The translations under genes were made by a program, and so were the position numbers. From Prolixibacteraceae bacterium (GTDB lineage Bacteria > Bacteroidota > Bacteroidia > Bacteroidales > Prolixibacteraceae), in contig JARKOX010000037.1 in the NCBI GenBank assembly GCA_029975525.1, forward strand, positions 15,909 to 79,908: a DNA stretch of 64,000 bases, written 5' to 3'. The first letter of the stretch is position 1, and each line of letters starts with the position of its first letter. Below the pieces are notes generated by a model. That model was not told the DNA's origin, ran no database searches, and worked only from the letters and a program-made list of their open reading frames with translations. Positions 38,374-46,136 of the stretch are shown here, piece by piece.

Positions 38374-40044
38374 ATGCAGATGAAACAAGTTGAAATTTAC
38401 TGCCGGAATACCGGCACCCGGCATGCTTACCCGATGGGGGTTAGTTTAACCGAAGTTTGCCGTGATTTGGATATTAATCTGAAAACAGCTGTTTGCGGCG
38501 CCCTGGTCAACAACAAGCTCAAAGAGCTTTCGTTTTCCGTTGTGAAGTCGAAAACCGTTGAGTTTATCGATATGACGCATCCCGACGGCCGGCGGATGTA
38601 TATCCGGTCGCTCCTCTTTGTGCTTTATGCAGCTGTGCGTGAAGTTTTTCCGGACATCTGCCTCAATATTCAGCACGGCATTTCAAACGGCTATTATGCC
38701 GAACTGGAGGGGTTGGGCCGGCCGATTTCCGAGTCGGACCTGTTTGCCATCCAGCAGGAGATGCAGACGATTATCGACCGCAACACCCCGTTTGAAAAAC
38801 GGGGAATCCCAACCGAAGAGGCAGTGGCCATTTTTAGACACCAGGGGCTGGAAGCCAAAGCCAAACTTTTCGAACAGCAGGGAACCCTCTATTCCTATGT
38901 TTATGCGATGAACGGCCTCTCCAATTACTTCTACGGGCACCTGCTCCCCTCCACCGGATTTATTACCAATTTTGGCGTGGAGTTGTATTACGAGGGAATT
39001 TTGCTGCGGGTGCCGCATCCGACCGATTTCAAAACCCTGCAGGATTCGCTGAAGCAGGAAAAGCTTTTCGGCGTTTACCAGGAACACAAAGAGTGGGCAG
39101 AGATCCTCAATGTCGCAACCATCGGCGATCTCAACGAATTTACGTTGCAGGGCAGGAGCGGCGACATTATCAAAATTTCGGAAGCGTTGCACGAGAAGAA
39201 AGTTGCTGAAATTGCCAACCAGATCAGCCAGCGGCGCGACGAGGTGAAAGTGGTGCTGGTCGCCGGCCCTTCGTCGTCGGGGAAGACCACCTTCAGCAAG
39301 CGGCTGGGCGTCCAGCTGGCCGTTAACGGATTGTGGCCTTACCAGATTTCGCTTGATGATTATTTTGTGGACCGCGAGCACACCCCCCGCGACGAGAACG
39401 GCGAATATGACTTTGAAGCGCTTGAGGCGATCGACATTGAGTTTTTCAACAGCCAGCTGCTCGACCTGTTTGCCGGAAAAGCGGTTCAGATTCCCCGTTT
39501 CGATTTTCACTCCGGTCAGCGCTATTTCGATGGCCCGCCGCTTCAGCTCAAAAAGGGAAACATCCTGATCATTGAGGGAATCCACGGGATGAATCCCGGA
39601 TTGTTGCCTCACATCGATCCCCAAAATACATTCCGGATTTTTCTGTCGGCGCTCACCCAGGTTTCCATCGATGAGCACAACCACATTTCCACAGCCGACA
39701 ACCGGCTGATCCGCCGCATGATCCGCGACAGCAAATACCGCGGTTATCCCGCCCGCGAAACGATCCGGCGGTGGCCGCTGGTGCGCAAGGGCGAAGAGCG
39801 GAATATTTTTCCCTACCAGGAAAATGCCGATGCCATGTTTAACTCGGCGACGCTTTACGAGCTGGCCGTTTTGAAGAAATATGCCGAACCGCTGTTGCAG
39901 TCGGTGACCGAAAACCAGGAGGAGTACGTGGAGTCTACCCGGCTACTCAAATTTCTCTCCTACTTTAAACCGATGGACGATGCGGAAATTCCCCCCACGT
40001 CGCTGTTGCGCGAGTTTTTGGGCGGAAGCAGTTTTAAATATTAA
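38374..40044 (+). CDS. Uridine/nucleoside kinase-family protein with long N-terminal TGS-like extension
   Basis: P-loop 'VAGPSSSGKTTFSKRL' followed by 'IIEGIHGMNP' (PRK/uridine kinase fold). About 300-aa N-terminal domain. Start moved to the ATG at 38374 (MQMKQVEIY...). Confidence 0.7.
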   Translation: MQMKQVEIYCRNTGTRHAYPMGVSLTEVCRDLDINLKTAVCGALVNNKLKELSFSVVKSKTVEFIDMTHPDGRRMYIRSLLFVLYAAVREVFPDICLNIQHGISNGYYAELEGLGRPISESDLFAIQQEMQTIIDRNTPFEKRGIPTEEAVAIFRHQGLEAKAKLFEQQGTLYSYVYAMNGLSNYFYGHLLPSTGFITNFGVELYYEGILLRVPHPTDFKTLQDSLKQEKLFGVYQEHKEWAEILNVATIGDLNEFTLQGRSGDIIKISEALHEKKVAEIANQISQRRDEVKVVLVAGPSSSGKTTFSKRLGVQLAVNGLWPYQISLDDYFVDREHTPRDENGEYDFEALEAIDIEFFNSQLLDLFAGKAVQIPRFDFHSGQRYFDGPPLQLKKGNILIIEGIHGMNPGLLPHIDPQNTFRIFLSALTQVSIDEHNHISTADNRLIRRMIRDSKYRGYPARETIRRWPLVRKGEERNIFPYQENADAMFNSATLYELAVLKKYAEPLLQSVTENQEEYVESTRLLKFLSYFKPMDDAEIPPTSLLREFLGGSSFKY

Positions 40045-40056
40045 TTAGCTGATACG

Positions 40057-40097
40057 AAAAAGGGCAGCGGAGCTTTGTTGGCGCCGCTGCCTTTTTT
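40057..40097. terminator. Bidirectional intrinsic terminator between convergent kinase and ZIP genes
   Basis: GGCAGCGG (40063-40070) / CCGCTGCC (40084-40091) stem, extendable with one mismatch. Flanked by A5 (40057-40061) and T6 (40092-40097). Confidence 0.75.
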
Positions 40098-40128
40098 CAT
40101 GACTGCTGTTTTCAGCAACCGGATACAA

Positions 40129-40902
40129 TTAATGTGCATGCCCGGCATGTTCGTGTCCTCCGTTGATCAGGAACATCAGGGTGAGTCCTGCCAGGATGAA
40201 GAGGATTTGTAACAGTGCATTGCGGCGGGAGCGGTCTTTGTTTAATTCGGGAATCAGGTCGCTGCCTGCCAGGTAGATGAAACTTCCGGCGGCAAACGGC
40301 AGGATGTAGGTGATGGCCTCTTGCATGTGGCTGCCCAGCGCCAGGGTGATCAGCGTCCCGACGATGGCGCTGCAGGCCGAATAGAAGTTGAGCCAGAGTG
40401 CCCGTTTCCGCGAAAACCCGGCGTGGATCAGGATTCCGTAGTCGCTGATCTCCTGTGGAATTTCATGCAGGATAACCGCCAGGGTTGTTGCGATCCCGAT
40501 TTCCGGAGAAACCAGCCAGCCGGCAGCTATCAGCACGCCGTCGGTAAAATTGTGCAGCCCGTCGGCCACCAGGCTCAGGTAGCCGAAGGCGCTGGCGTGT
40601 CCCTCCTGCTGGGCCACATGGTGATCGTGGTGCCAGTGCAGCAGTTTCTCCATGGCCAGCATGGTCAACACTCCCGTCAGGATCAGAATGCCAATCGCTT
40701 CGCGGGAGGGAATCGCTTCAAACGACTCGGGAATCAGGTGAAAGAAGGTGTTCCCGAGCAGGGCGCCGACGGCAAAACTCACCAGGATAAAGACAATCCG
40801 TTGCAGACTCTCCTTCCGGAAGAAAAGAAACAGCACGCCTACCAGGGAGATCAGGCTTACGGCAATGGTGCTGAGCAGGGCAAAAGGCCAAATGTAGTTC
40901 AT
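40129..40902 (-). CDS. ZIP-family divalent metal transporter (ZupT-like)
   Basis: 8-TM pattern. 'HNFTDGVLIAAG' and 'HEIPQEISDYGILI' signature helices IV/V. Histidine-rich loop 'HWHHDHHVAQQEGH'. Confidence 0.88.
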   Translation of the reverse strand: MNYIWPFALLSTIAVSLISLVGVLFLFFRKESLQRIVFILVSFAVGALLGNTFFHLIPESFEAIPSREAIGILILTGVLTMLAMEKLLHWHHDHHVAQQEGHASAFGYLSLVADGLHNFTDGVLIAAGWLVSPEIGIATTLAVILHEIPQEISDYGILIHAGFSRKRALWLNFYSACSAIVGTLITLALGSHMQEAITYILPFAAGSFIYLAGSDLIPELNKDRSRRNALLQILFILAGLTLMFLINGGHEHAGHAH

Positions 40903-40930
40903 TGCTTTCTTTTATGGGTTTTTACTGACG

Positions 40931-41332
40931 TTATGATTTGCAGTGATTGCACTTTCCTTTGAGCATAATTTCTGTCTCCGACACATCAAATCCGGAGGGT
41001 AAAGTCATGGTGGCTTCGGAAACCGGCTCAACACAAAATACCTGGTTGCAGGAGCTGCAGTGGAAATGGACGTGTTCGTGCTGGTGTATGCCCGGGAGGT
41101 TAAGGGCATAACGCACTTCGTTTTTGTCGATCACAATTTGGTGGATAACCTCTTTTTCGATCAGGGTTTTAAAGGAGCGATAAAAGGTGGTCCGGTCGTG
41201 CCGGTTACCCAGGATAGTCTTGATTTCGGCCTCGGAGAGCGCCCGCGAGGCCTGCAGCATCACCTCCACGATCCCCTCGCGGCAGCTGGTACTTTTCAAA
41301 CGGTGGCTGTGTAATACTTCTGATGGATTCAT
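40931..41332 (-). CDS. Fur-family metalloregulator (Zur/Mur/PerR-like; specificity unresolved)
   Basis: wHTH N-domain. 'HQHEHVHFHCSSCNQV' and C-terminal 'CNHC' are typical Fur-family metal sites. Start set at the ATG at 41332, because the ORF-track start at 41362 lies inside the palindromic operator candidate. Lies 28 nt upstream of the ZIP gene. Confidence 0.85.
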   Translation of the reverse strand: MNPSEVLHSHRLKSTSCREGIVEVMLQASRALSEAEIKTILGNRHDRTTFYRSFKTLIEKEVIHQIVIDKNEVRYALNLPGIHQHEHVHFHCSSCNQVFCVEPVSEATMTLPSGFDVSETEIMLKGKCNHCKS

Positions 41333-41346
41333 CGTTCGCTTTTTTA

Positions 41347-41397
41347 TGCAACCGGGTTGCAAATGTAATGAAACAAATTAAATGCAACATGGTTGCA
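41347..41397. promoter_or_regulatory. Two copies of the palindrome TGCAAC-N3-GTTGCA (candidate operator) in the fur/sod divergent region
   Basis: TGCAACCGGGTTGCA at 41347-41361 and TGCAACATGGTTGCA at 41383-41397, 36 bp centre to centre. On the minus strand a TACATTTG (-7 consensus TAnnTTTG) box at 41360-41367 abuts the first palindrome. Confidence 0.55.
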
Positions 41398-41519
41398 AAG
41401 AAGATTGGAAATTATTCCTGACTGGTTGGCAGAAGAAAAATTTGGGAAGCATGATGAAACAAAACTGCGCGGCTGTTGTTTAGGAATTAAAGACAAGTTA
41501 ATCTTTAATTTTAAACGCA

Positions 41520-42119
41520 ATGGCATTCGAATTACCTAAATTAAGTTACAGTTACTCCGCATTAGAACCGCATATTGACGCCCGTACGATGGAAATACAC
41601 CACACGAAGCATCATGCGGCATACACCAATAATTTAAATGCTGCCGTTCAGGGAACGAACGTGAGCAATAAGCGTATTGAAGAGATTATGGCCGTGGTGT
41701 CCAAACTACCGGTCGCGATCCGGAATAACGGGGGAGGTTATTACAACCACAACCTCTACTGGGAAATATTAACTCCGGGTGGAGCCAACGCCCCCCACGG
41801 AGTATTGCTCGATGCAATCAACGACTCTTTTGGTTCGGTTGACAGTTTTAAAGAGGCTTTCGTCAAGGCTGCGGTAACGCGCTTTGGCTCTGGTTGGGCT
41901 TGGTTAATTCAAAAGGAAAACAAACTGGTGGTTTCGTCAACCCCCAACCAGGATAATCCGCTGATGGATGTGGCTGAAGTTCAGGGCACGCCAATTTTGG
42001 GGATCGATGTGTGGGAGCACGCGTATTACCTGAATTATCAGAACCGCCGTCCGGATTATGTAGAAGCATTTTGGAACCTCATAAACTGGGACGAAGTCGC
42101 CAGGCGGTTTAAAGGTTAG
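41520..42119 (+). CDS. sodA: Superoxide dismutase, Mn-type signature
   Basis: 'IHHTKHH', '[13 protein letters not shown]' (Gly-Gly, no active-site Gln here), '[10 protein letters not shown]' (Gln in the C-domain, Mn-type), 'DVWEHAYYL'. Confidence 0.9.
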   Translation: MAFELPKLSYSYSALEPHIDARTMEIHHTKHHAAYTNNLNAAVQGTNVSNKRIEEIMAVVSKLPVAIRNNGGGYYNHNLYWEILTPGGANAPHGVLLDAINDSFGSVDSFKEAFVKAAVTRFGSGWAWLIQKENKLVVSSTPNQDNPLMDVAEVQGTPILGIDVWEHAYYLNYQNRRPDYVEAFWNLINWDEVARRFKG

Positions 42120-42136
42120 TTGATTTTTGGTTTTTT

Positions 42137-42171
42137 CCCCGGAACAGTGGTTCCGGGGTTTTTCTTTTTTT
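42137..42171 (+). terminator. Intrinsic terminator after the first SOD gene
   Basis: 9-bp GC-rich stem CCCCGGAAC (42137-42145) / GTTCCGGGG (42150-42158) with loop AGTG, followed by TTTTTCTTTTTTT. Confidence 0.85.
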
Positions 42172-42203
42172 ACAGAACTGAACCCTTTTTGGTTAACTTC
42201 GTT

Positions 42204-42263
42204 ATAATTGTACAAAAACCGATGTCAACATTTATTTGTAGAACCTTTAATCTGTACAATTAT
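42204..42263 (+). promoter_or_regulatory. 11-bp perfect inverted repeat bracketing the second SOD promoter/5' leader and overlapping its ATG
   Basis: ATAATTGTACA (42204-42214) and TGTACAATTAT (42253-42263), with a 38-nt spacer. The right arm overlaps the start codon at 42262-42264. Confidence 0.5.
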
Positions 42264-42843
42264 GGCTTTTGAATTACCGGCATTACCGTATGCCCACGAT
42301 GCGCTGGAACCATACATCAGCGCGGTTACCCTCCAGTTTCATCATCTGAAACACCACCAGGCTTATGTCAACAACGTGAATAACCTGATTGTGGGAACCC
42401 CTTTTGAAAATGCCACCCTCGAAGAGATCGTCAGGAAAGCCGATGGCGGCATATTCAACAACGGCGCCCAGGTTTATAACCACACGTTTTATTTTGAACA
42501 GTTTGCTGCCGACGGCTGCCGCGAACCGCAAGGAGAGCTGAAAGCCGCGATTGAAAAGGATTTTGGTTCGACAGAGGCGTTCAAGGAGCAGTTTAACAAA
42601 GCAGCAGCCACCCTGTTTGGTTCAGGTTGGGCCTGGTTGGTCAAAACAGCCGACGGCAGGCTGGAGATCGTTCAGACTTCCAATGCCGGCTGTCCCCTGC
42701 GCGACGGAAAAACGCCGCTGCTTACCTGCGACGTGTGGGAACATGCCTATTATCTTGACAAGCAGAACCTGCGCCCCAAATACATCGAGGATTTCTGGAA
42801 AGTGGTAGACTGGCAGGTGATTTCGAAACGTTTTTCGGCCTGA
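42262..42843 (+). CDS. sodB: Superoxide dismutase, Fe-type (or cambialistic) signature
   Basis: 'FNNGAQVYNHTFYF' (N-domain Gln, Fe-type), 'VQTSNAGCPL', 'DVWEHAYYL'. Start set at MAFELPALPY (ATG at 42262). Confidence 0.9.
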   Translation: MAFELPALPYAHDALEPYISAVTLQFHHLKHHQAYVNNVNNLIVGTPFENATLEEIVRKADGGIFNNGAQVYNHTFYFEQFAADGCREPQGELKAAIEKDFGSTEAFKEQFNKAAATLFGSGWAWLVKTADGRLEIVQTSNAGCPLRDGKTPLLTCDVWEHAYYLDKQNLRPKYIEDFWKVVDWQVISKRFSA

Positions 42844-42870
42844 AATCTTCTCGTTTCGCTGATTTTTAAA

Positions 42871-42878
42871 TAGTTTTG
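42871..42878 (+). promoter_or_regulatory. Candidate -7 promoter box (TAGTTTTG) for the small wHTH ORF
   Basis: Exact TAnnTTTG match, 53 nt upstream of the ATG at 42931. Confidence 0.35.
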
Positions 42879-42930
42879 GATTGATTTCCTTTCTGAAACG
42901 AAAAATTATGAATCTTAATCATTTGAAATT

Positions 42931-43104
42931 ATGAGCGCAGAAAAAGTACTGGAAGTAATGAAAGCTGCCGGAAAAGCTTTAAAAGCCGGTGAAATTGCCG
43001 AAGCCGCCGGCCTCGATAAAAAAGAGGTGGACAAAGTAATGAAAACGTTGAAAGCCGAAGGCAAAATTGTTTCGCCCAAAGTGTGTTACTGGGAGCCCAA
43101 ATAA
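42931..43104 (+). CDS. Small (57 aa) winged-helix DNA-binding-like protein, absent from the ORF track
   Basis: Hand translation: [60 protein letters not shown]-like '[28 protein letters not shown]' plus a wing. Has its own candidate promoter and a terminator directly downstream. Confidence 0.6.
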   Translation: MSAEKVLEVMKAAGKALKAGEIAEAAGLDKKEVDKVMKTLKAEGKIVSPKVCYWEPK

Positions 43105-43121
43105 TCCCGGGAAATATTACC

Positions 43122-43165
43122 AAAAAACCGGGGCTGCTTCAGGAGAGGCAGCCCCGGTTGATTTT
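43122..43165. terminator. Bidirectional intrinsic terminator (small ORF / MFS transporter)
   Basis: 10-bp stem CCGGGGCTGC (43128-43137) / GCAGCCCCGG (43148-43157). A6 upstream and TTGATTTT downstream. Confidence 0.85.
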
Positions 43166-43177
43166 AATACAGATCTG

Positions 43178-44590
43178 TTATTTCCACAGTCGTTCCATCT
43201 CTTCCAGCGTTTTGCCTTTGGTTTCAGGAACATATTTCCACATGAACAGAGCGGCCAGAATTCCCATCACGCCATAAATCCAGTAGGAGAATCCCTGGTG
43301 GAACAGGCCGGTGAGGAAAGTACTCTTGTCCATCATCGGGAAGGTCCAGCTCACGAGGTAGTTTGAGATCCACTGGGCCGCCACGGCAACCGCCATGGCC
43401 CGTCCGCGGATGCGGTTCGGGAAGATTTCGGCCAGCAGCACCCAGGTTACCGGTCCCCAACTTACGGCAAAACAGGCGACATACCCCAGCATGAAAATGA
43501 GGGCTGCCAGTCCGAGTTTCTGGAAAAAGAAAGCAAATCCCAGTGCAAACATAAAAAAGGCCATTCCCAGCGCGCCGATAATCTGCAGCGGCTTGCGCCC
43601 GAATTTGTCGACCGTAACAATGGCCAGTACCGTGAACGACAGGTTGATAATGCCAACAATAATGGTTTGCAGCAGGGCGGTGTCGGTCCCTGATCCCATG
43701 TTTTTAAAGATTTCGGGAGCATAGTAAAGTACCACGTTAATCCCGACAAACTGCTGGAATGCCGACAACAGCACGCCAATCACAACAACCAGCATTCCGT
43801 AGGAAAATAGTTTTCCCGAATGGAGAACGAGCGTTTCTTTGATCTCCTCCAGCACTTTGCGGCCGGTTTCTGCCCCGTTGATTTTGGTCAGTACGCTCAG
43901 CGCCTTTTCGGGGCGATCGCGTAAAACCAGGTAACGCGGGGTTTCAGGAACAAAGAAGAGCAGGATTAAAAAGAGGATGGCCGGAATGATTTCCGAAGCA
44001 AACATCCAGCGCCAGCCGATGGCGTTGAGCCAGCTGTCGTCGCCCTGCAGGGCAATGGCATAGTTGACAAAATAGACCACCAGCATCCCAAAGATGATGG
44101 CGAACTGGTTCCATGAAACCAATTTGCCCCGGATATTGGCCGGTGCCACCTCGGCAATGTACATGGGCGACAGCATGGATGCCAGCCCTACGCCCACACC
44201 GCCGATGATGCGGTAGATCACAAAGGCTGTAACGAACGTGTGATCGCCTTTTCCGATGGGGGCCAGAAACATTTCAGGAATTGCCGAGCCGATCGCCGAA
44301 ATCAGAAACAGGACTGCAGCCAGGAGTAAGCCGTTGCGGCGCCCCAGTTTCAAACTGACCAGCCCGCCCATCAACCCGCCAATGATGCAACCGATGAGCG
44401 CACTCGACACCACGCGTCCCAACATCGAATTGGCTGCGGTTTCGGACAACCCGTAAGGTTCAATGAAAAATTTATCGAGCGAACCTACCGTTCCTGATAT
44501 CACCGCCGTGTCGTACCCAAAGAGTAGCCCGCCGAGGGTTGCGACCAGGGTCAGGGAGAACACGTAACGTAAACTTCCTTTTTCTTTCAT
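43178..44590 (-). CDS. xylE: MFS sugar porter (xylose/H+ symporter-like)
   Basis: 12 TM segments. 'LLFGYDTAVISG', 'LKLGRRNGLL', 'PETPRYL', 'PETKGKTLEEME' sugar-porter signatures. Adjacent to xylA and xylB. Confidence 0.85.
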   Translation of the reverse strand: MKEKGSLRYVFSLTLVATLGGLLFGYDTAVISGTVGSLDKFFIEPYGLSETAANSMLGRVVSSALIGCIIGGLMGGLVSLKLGRRNGLLLAAVLFLISAIGSAIPEMFLAPIGKGDHTFVTAFVIYRIIGGVGVGLASMLSPMYIAEVAPANIRGKLVSWNQFAIIFGMLVVYFVNYAIALQGDDSWLNAIGWRWMFASEIIPAILFLILLFFVPETPRYLVLRDRPEKALSVLTKINGAETGRKVLEEIKETLVLHSGKLFSYGMLVVVIGVLLSAFQQFVGINVVLYYAPEIFKNMGSGTDTALLQTIIVGIINLSFTVLAIVTVDKFGRKPLQIIGALGMAFFMFALGFAFFFQKLGLAALIFMLGYVACFAVSWGPVTWVLLAEIFPNRIRGRAMAVAVAAQWISNYLVSWTFPMMDKSTFLTGLFHQGFSYWIYGVMGILAALFMWKYVPETKGKTLEEMERLWK

Positions 44591-44764
44591 AATCTTGATT
44601 TTGAAAAAATCCCGATAACTGAGCCGCTCTGAAGTTGCGGAAACCGGATTTGCGGTTCTCTGCGGGCGAAGGGATTAAATTCCCACGTTACCTACACGTC
44701 GCCAAACCGGACTCCCGTACTTCAACGCAGTGTTCAGATTTTTGCCGGAGCAAATTACCGGATC

Positions 44765-46090
44765 TTAGATATACCAGTTAATAAGCTGTTCAAGCAATTC
44801 CTGTTTGCCGCTAACCTGTTTGGGGTCGCCAACTTCGCGGGCGGCCTGGTACAGGTCGGTCAGTTTCAGTTTGCCGTTTTCAAAATCGGCGCCTTTACCG
44901 GCATCGAATGAGGCATAACGGTTTTTGCGCATTTTCAGGTAGTCCGACTCCGACAGGATTTTGTCGGCGATTACCAGCGAGCGGGCAAAAATATCCATAC
45001 CGGTTACGTGGGCGATGAAGATGTCTTCCAGGTCGGTTGAGTTGCGGCGCGTTTTGGCGTCGAAGTTGACTCCGCCGTTGGTGAAACCGCCGGCCTGCAT
45101 GATTTCGAGCATCGCTTCGGTGACTTCATAAATATTGGTCGGGAATTCGTCGGTGTCCCAGCCATTCTGGTAGTCGCCTTTGTTGGCATCGATCGACCCC
45201 AGCAATCCGGCATCGGCTGCCACCCGCAGTTCGTGGGCAAAGGTGTGGCCGGCCAGGGTGGCGTGGTTGACTTCAATATTCAGTTTGAAATCTTTTTCCA
45301 ATCCGTATTTATGGAGGAATCCGATGACGGTGGCCGTGTCGTAGTCGTACTGGTGTTTGGTCGGTTCCATGGGTTTCGGTTCAATCAGGAAGGTGCCTTT
45401 AAAACCTTGCTGACGGCCGTAATCGCGCGCCATTCCGAGGAACATGCCCAGGTGGTCGAGTTCACGTTTCATGTCGGTGTTGTGCAGGCTCATGTAGCCT
45501 TCACGACCTCCCCAGAAAACGTAGTTGCTGCCGCCAAGGGCAATGGTTGCGTCAATGGCATTCTTAATCTGTACGGCGGCATTGGCCACCACGGCAAAAT
45601 CGGGGTTGGTTGCCGCGCCGTTCATGTAACGCGGATTGGAGAATACGTTGGCGGTTCCCCAAAGCAGGTTGATACCGGTAGCCTGCTGGCGTTCTTTGGC
45701 GTATTCTACCAGTTGGGCCAAACGTTTTTCGATCTCGAAGACCGAACCGTCGCCTACCACGTCGGTGTCGTGAAAACAGTAGAAGGGAACGCCCAGTTTG
45801 CTGATGAATTCAAAGGCAGCATCCATGCGGTTTTTGGCCGCATCCATAATATCGGTGGCTGTTTCCCACGGAAAAGATTTGGTGCCGGGGCCAAACGGGT
45901 CGCCACCGGTTCCGCAGAAGGTGTGCCAGTAAGCTACTGCAAAGCGGAAGTGCTCTTTCATGGTTTTGCCGGCAACAACTTTGTTCTCGTCGTACCATTT
46001 GAAAGCCAGCGGATTTTTCGACTGCGGACCTTCGTATTTGATTTTCCCGATTCCCGGGAAAAACTCTTTGTTTCCTTTAAAAAATTCCAT
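44765..46090 (-). CDS. xylA: Xylose isomerase
   Basis: 441 aa, class II XylA. '[20 protein letters not shown]', 'FCFHDTD', '[16 protein letters not shown]', '[18 protein letters not shown]'. Confidence 0.96.
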   Translation of the reverse strand: MEFFKGNKEFFPGIGKIKYEGPQSKNPLAFKWYDENKVVAGKTMKEHFRFAVAYWHTFCGTGGDPFGPGTKSFPWETATDIMDAAKNRMDAAFEFISKLGVPFYCFHDTDVVGDGSVFEIEKRLAQLVEYAKERQQATGINLLWGTANVFSNPRYMNGAATNPDFAVVANAAVQIKNAIDATIALGGSNYVFWGGREGYMSLHNTDMKRELDHLGMFLGMARDYGRQQGFKGTFLIEPKPMEPTKHQYDYDTATVIGFLHKYGLEKDFKLNIEVNHATLAGHTFAHELRVAADAGLLGSIDANKGDYQNGWDTDEFPTNIYEVTEAMLEIMQAGGFTNGGVNFDAKTRRNSTDLEDIFIAHVTGMDIFARSLVIADKILSESDYLKMRKNRYASFDAGKGADFENGKLKLTDLYQAAREVGDPKQVSGKQELLEQLINWYI

Positions 46091-46136
46091 AGTGTTATCT
46101 TTTTAAATAGGTTATTTTGAAATGGTTACAGCTTTT

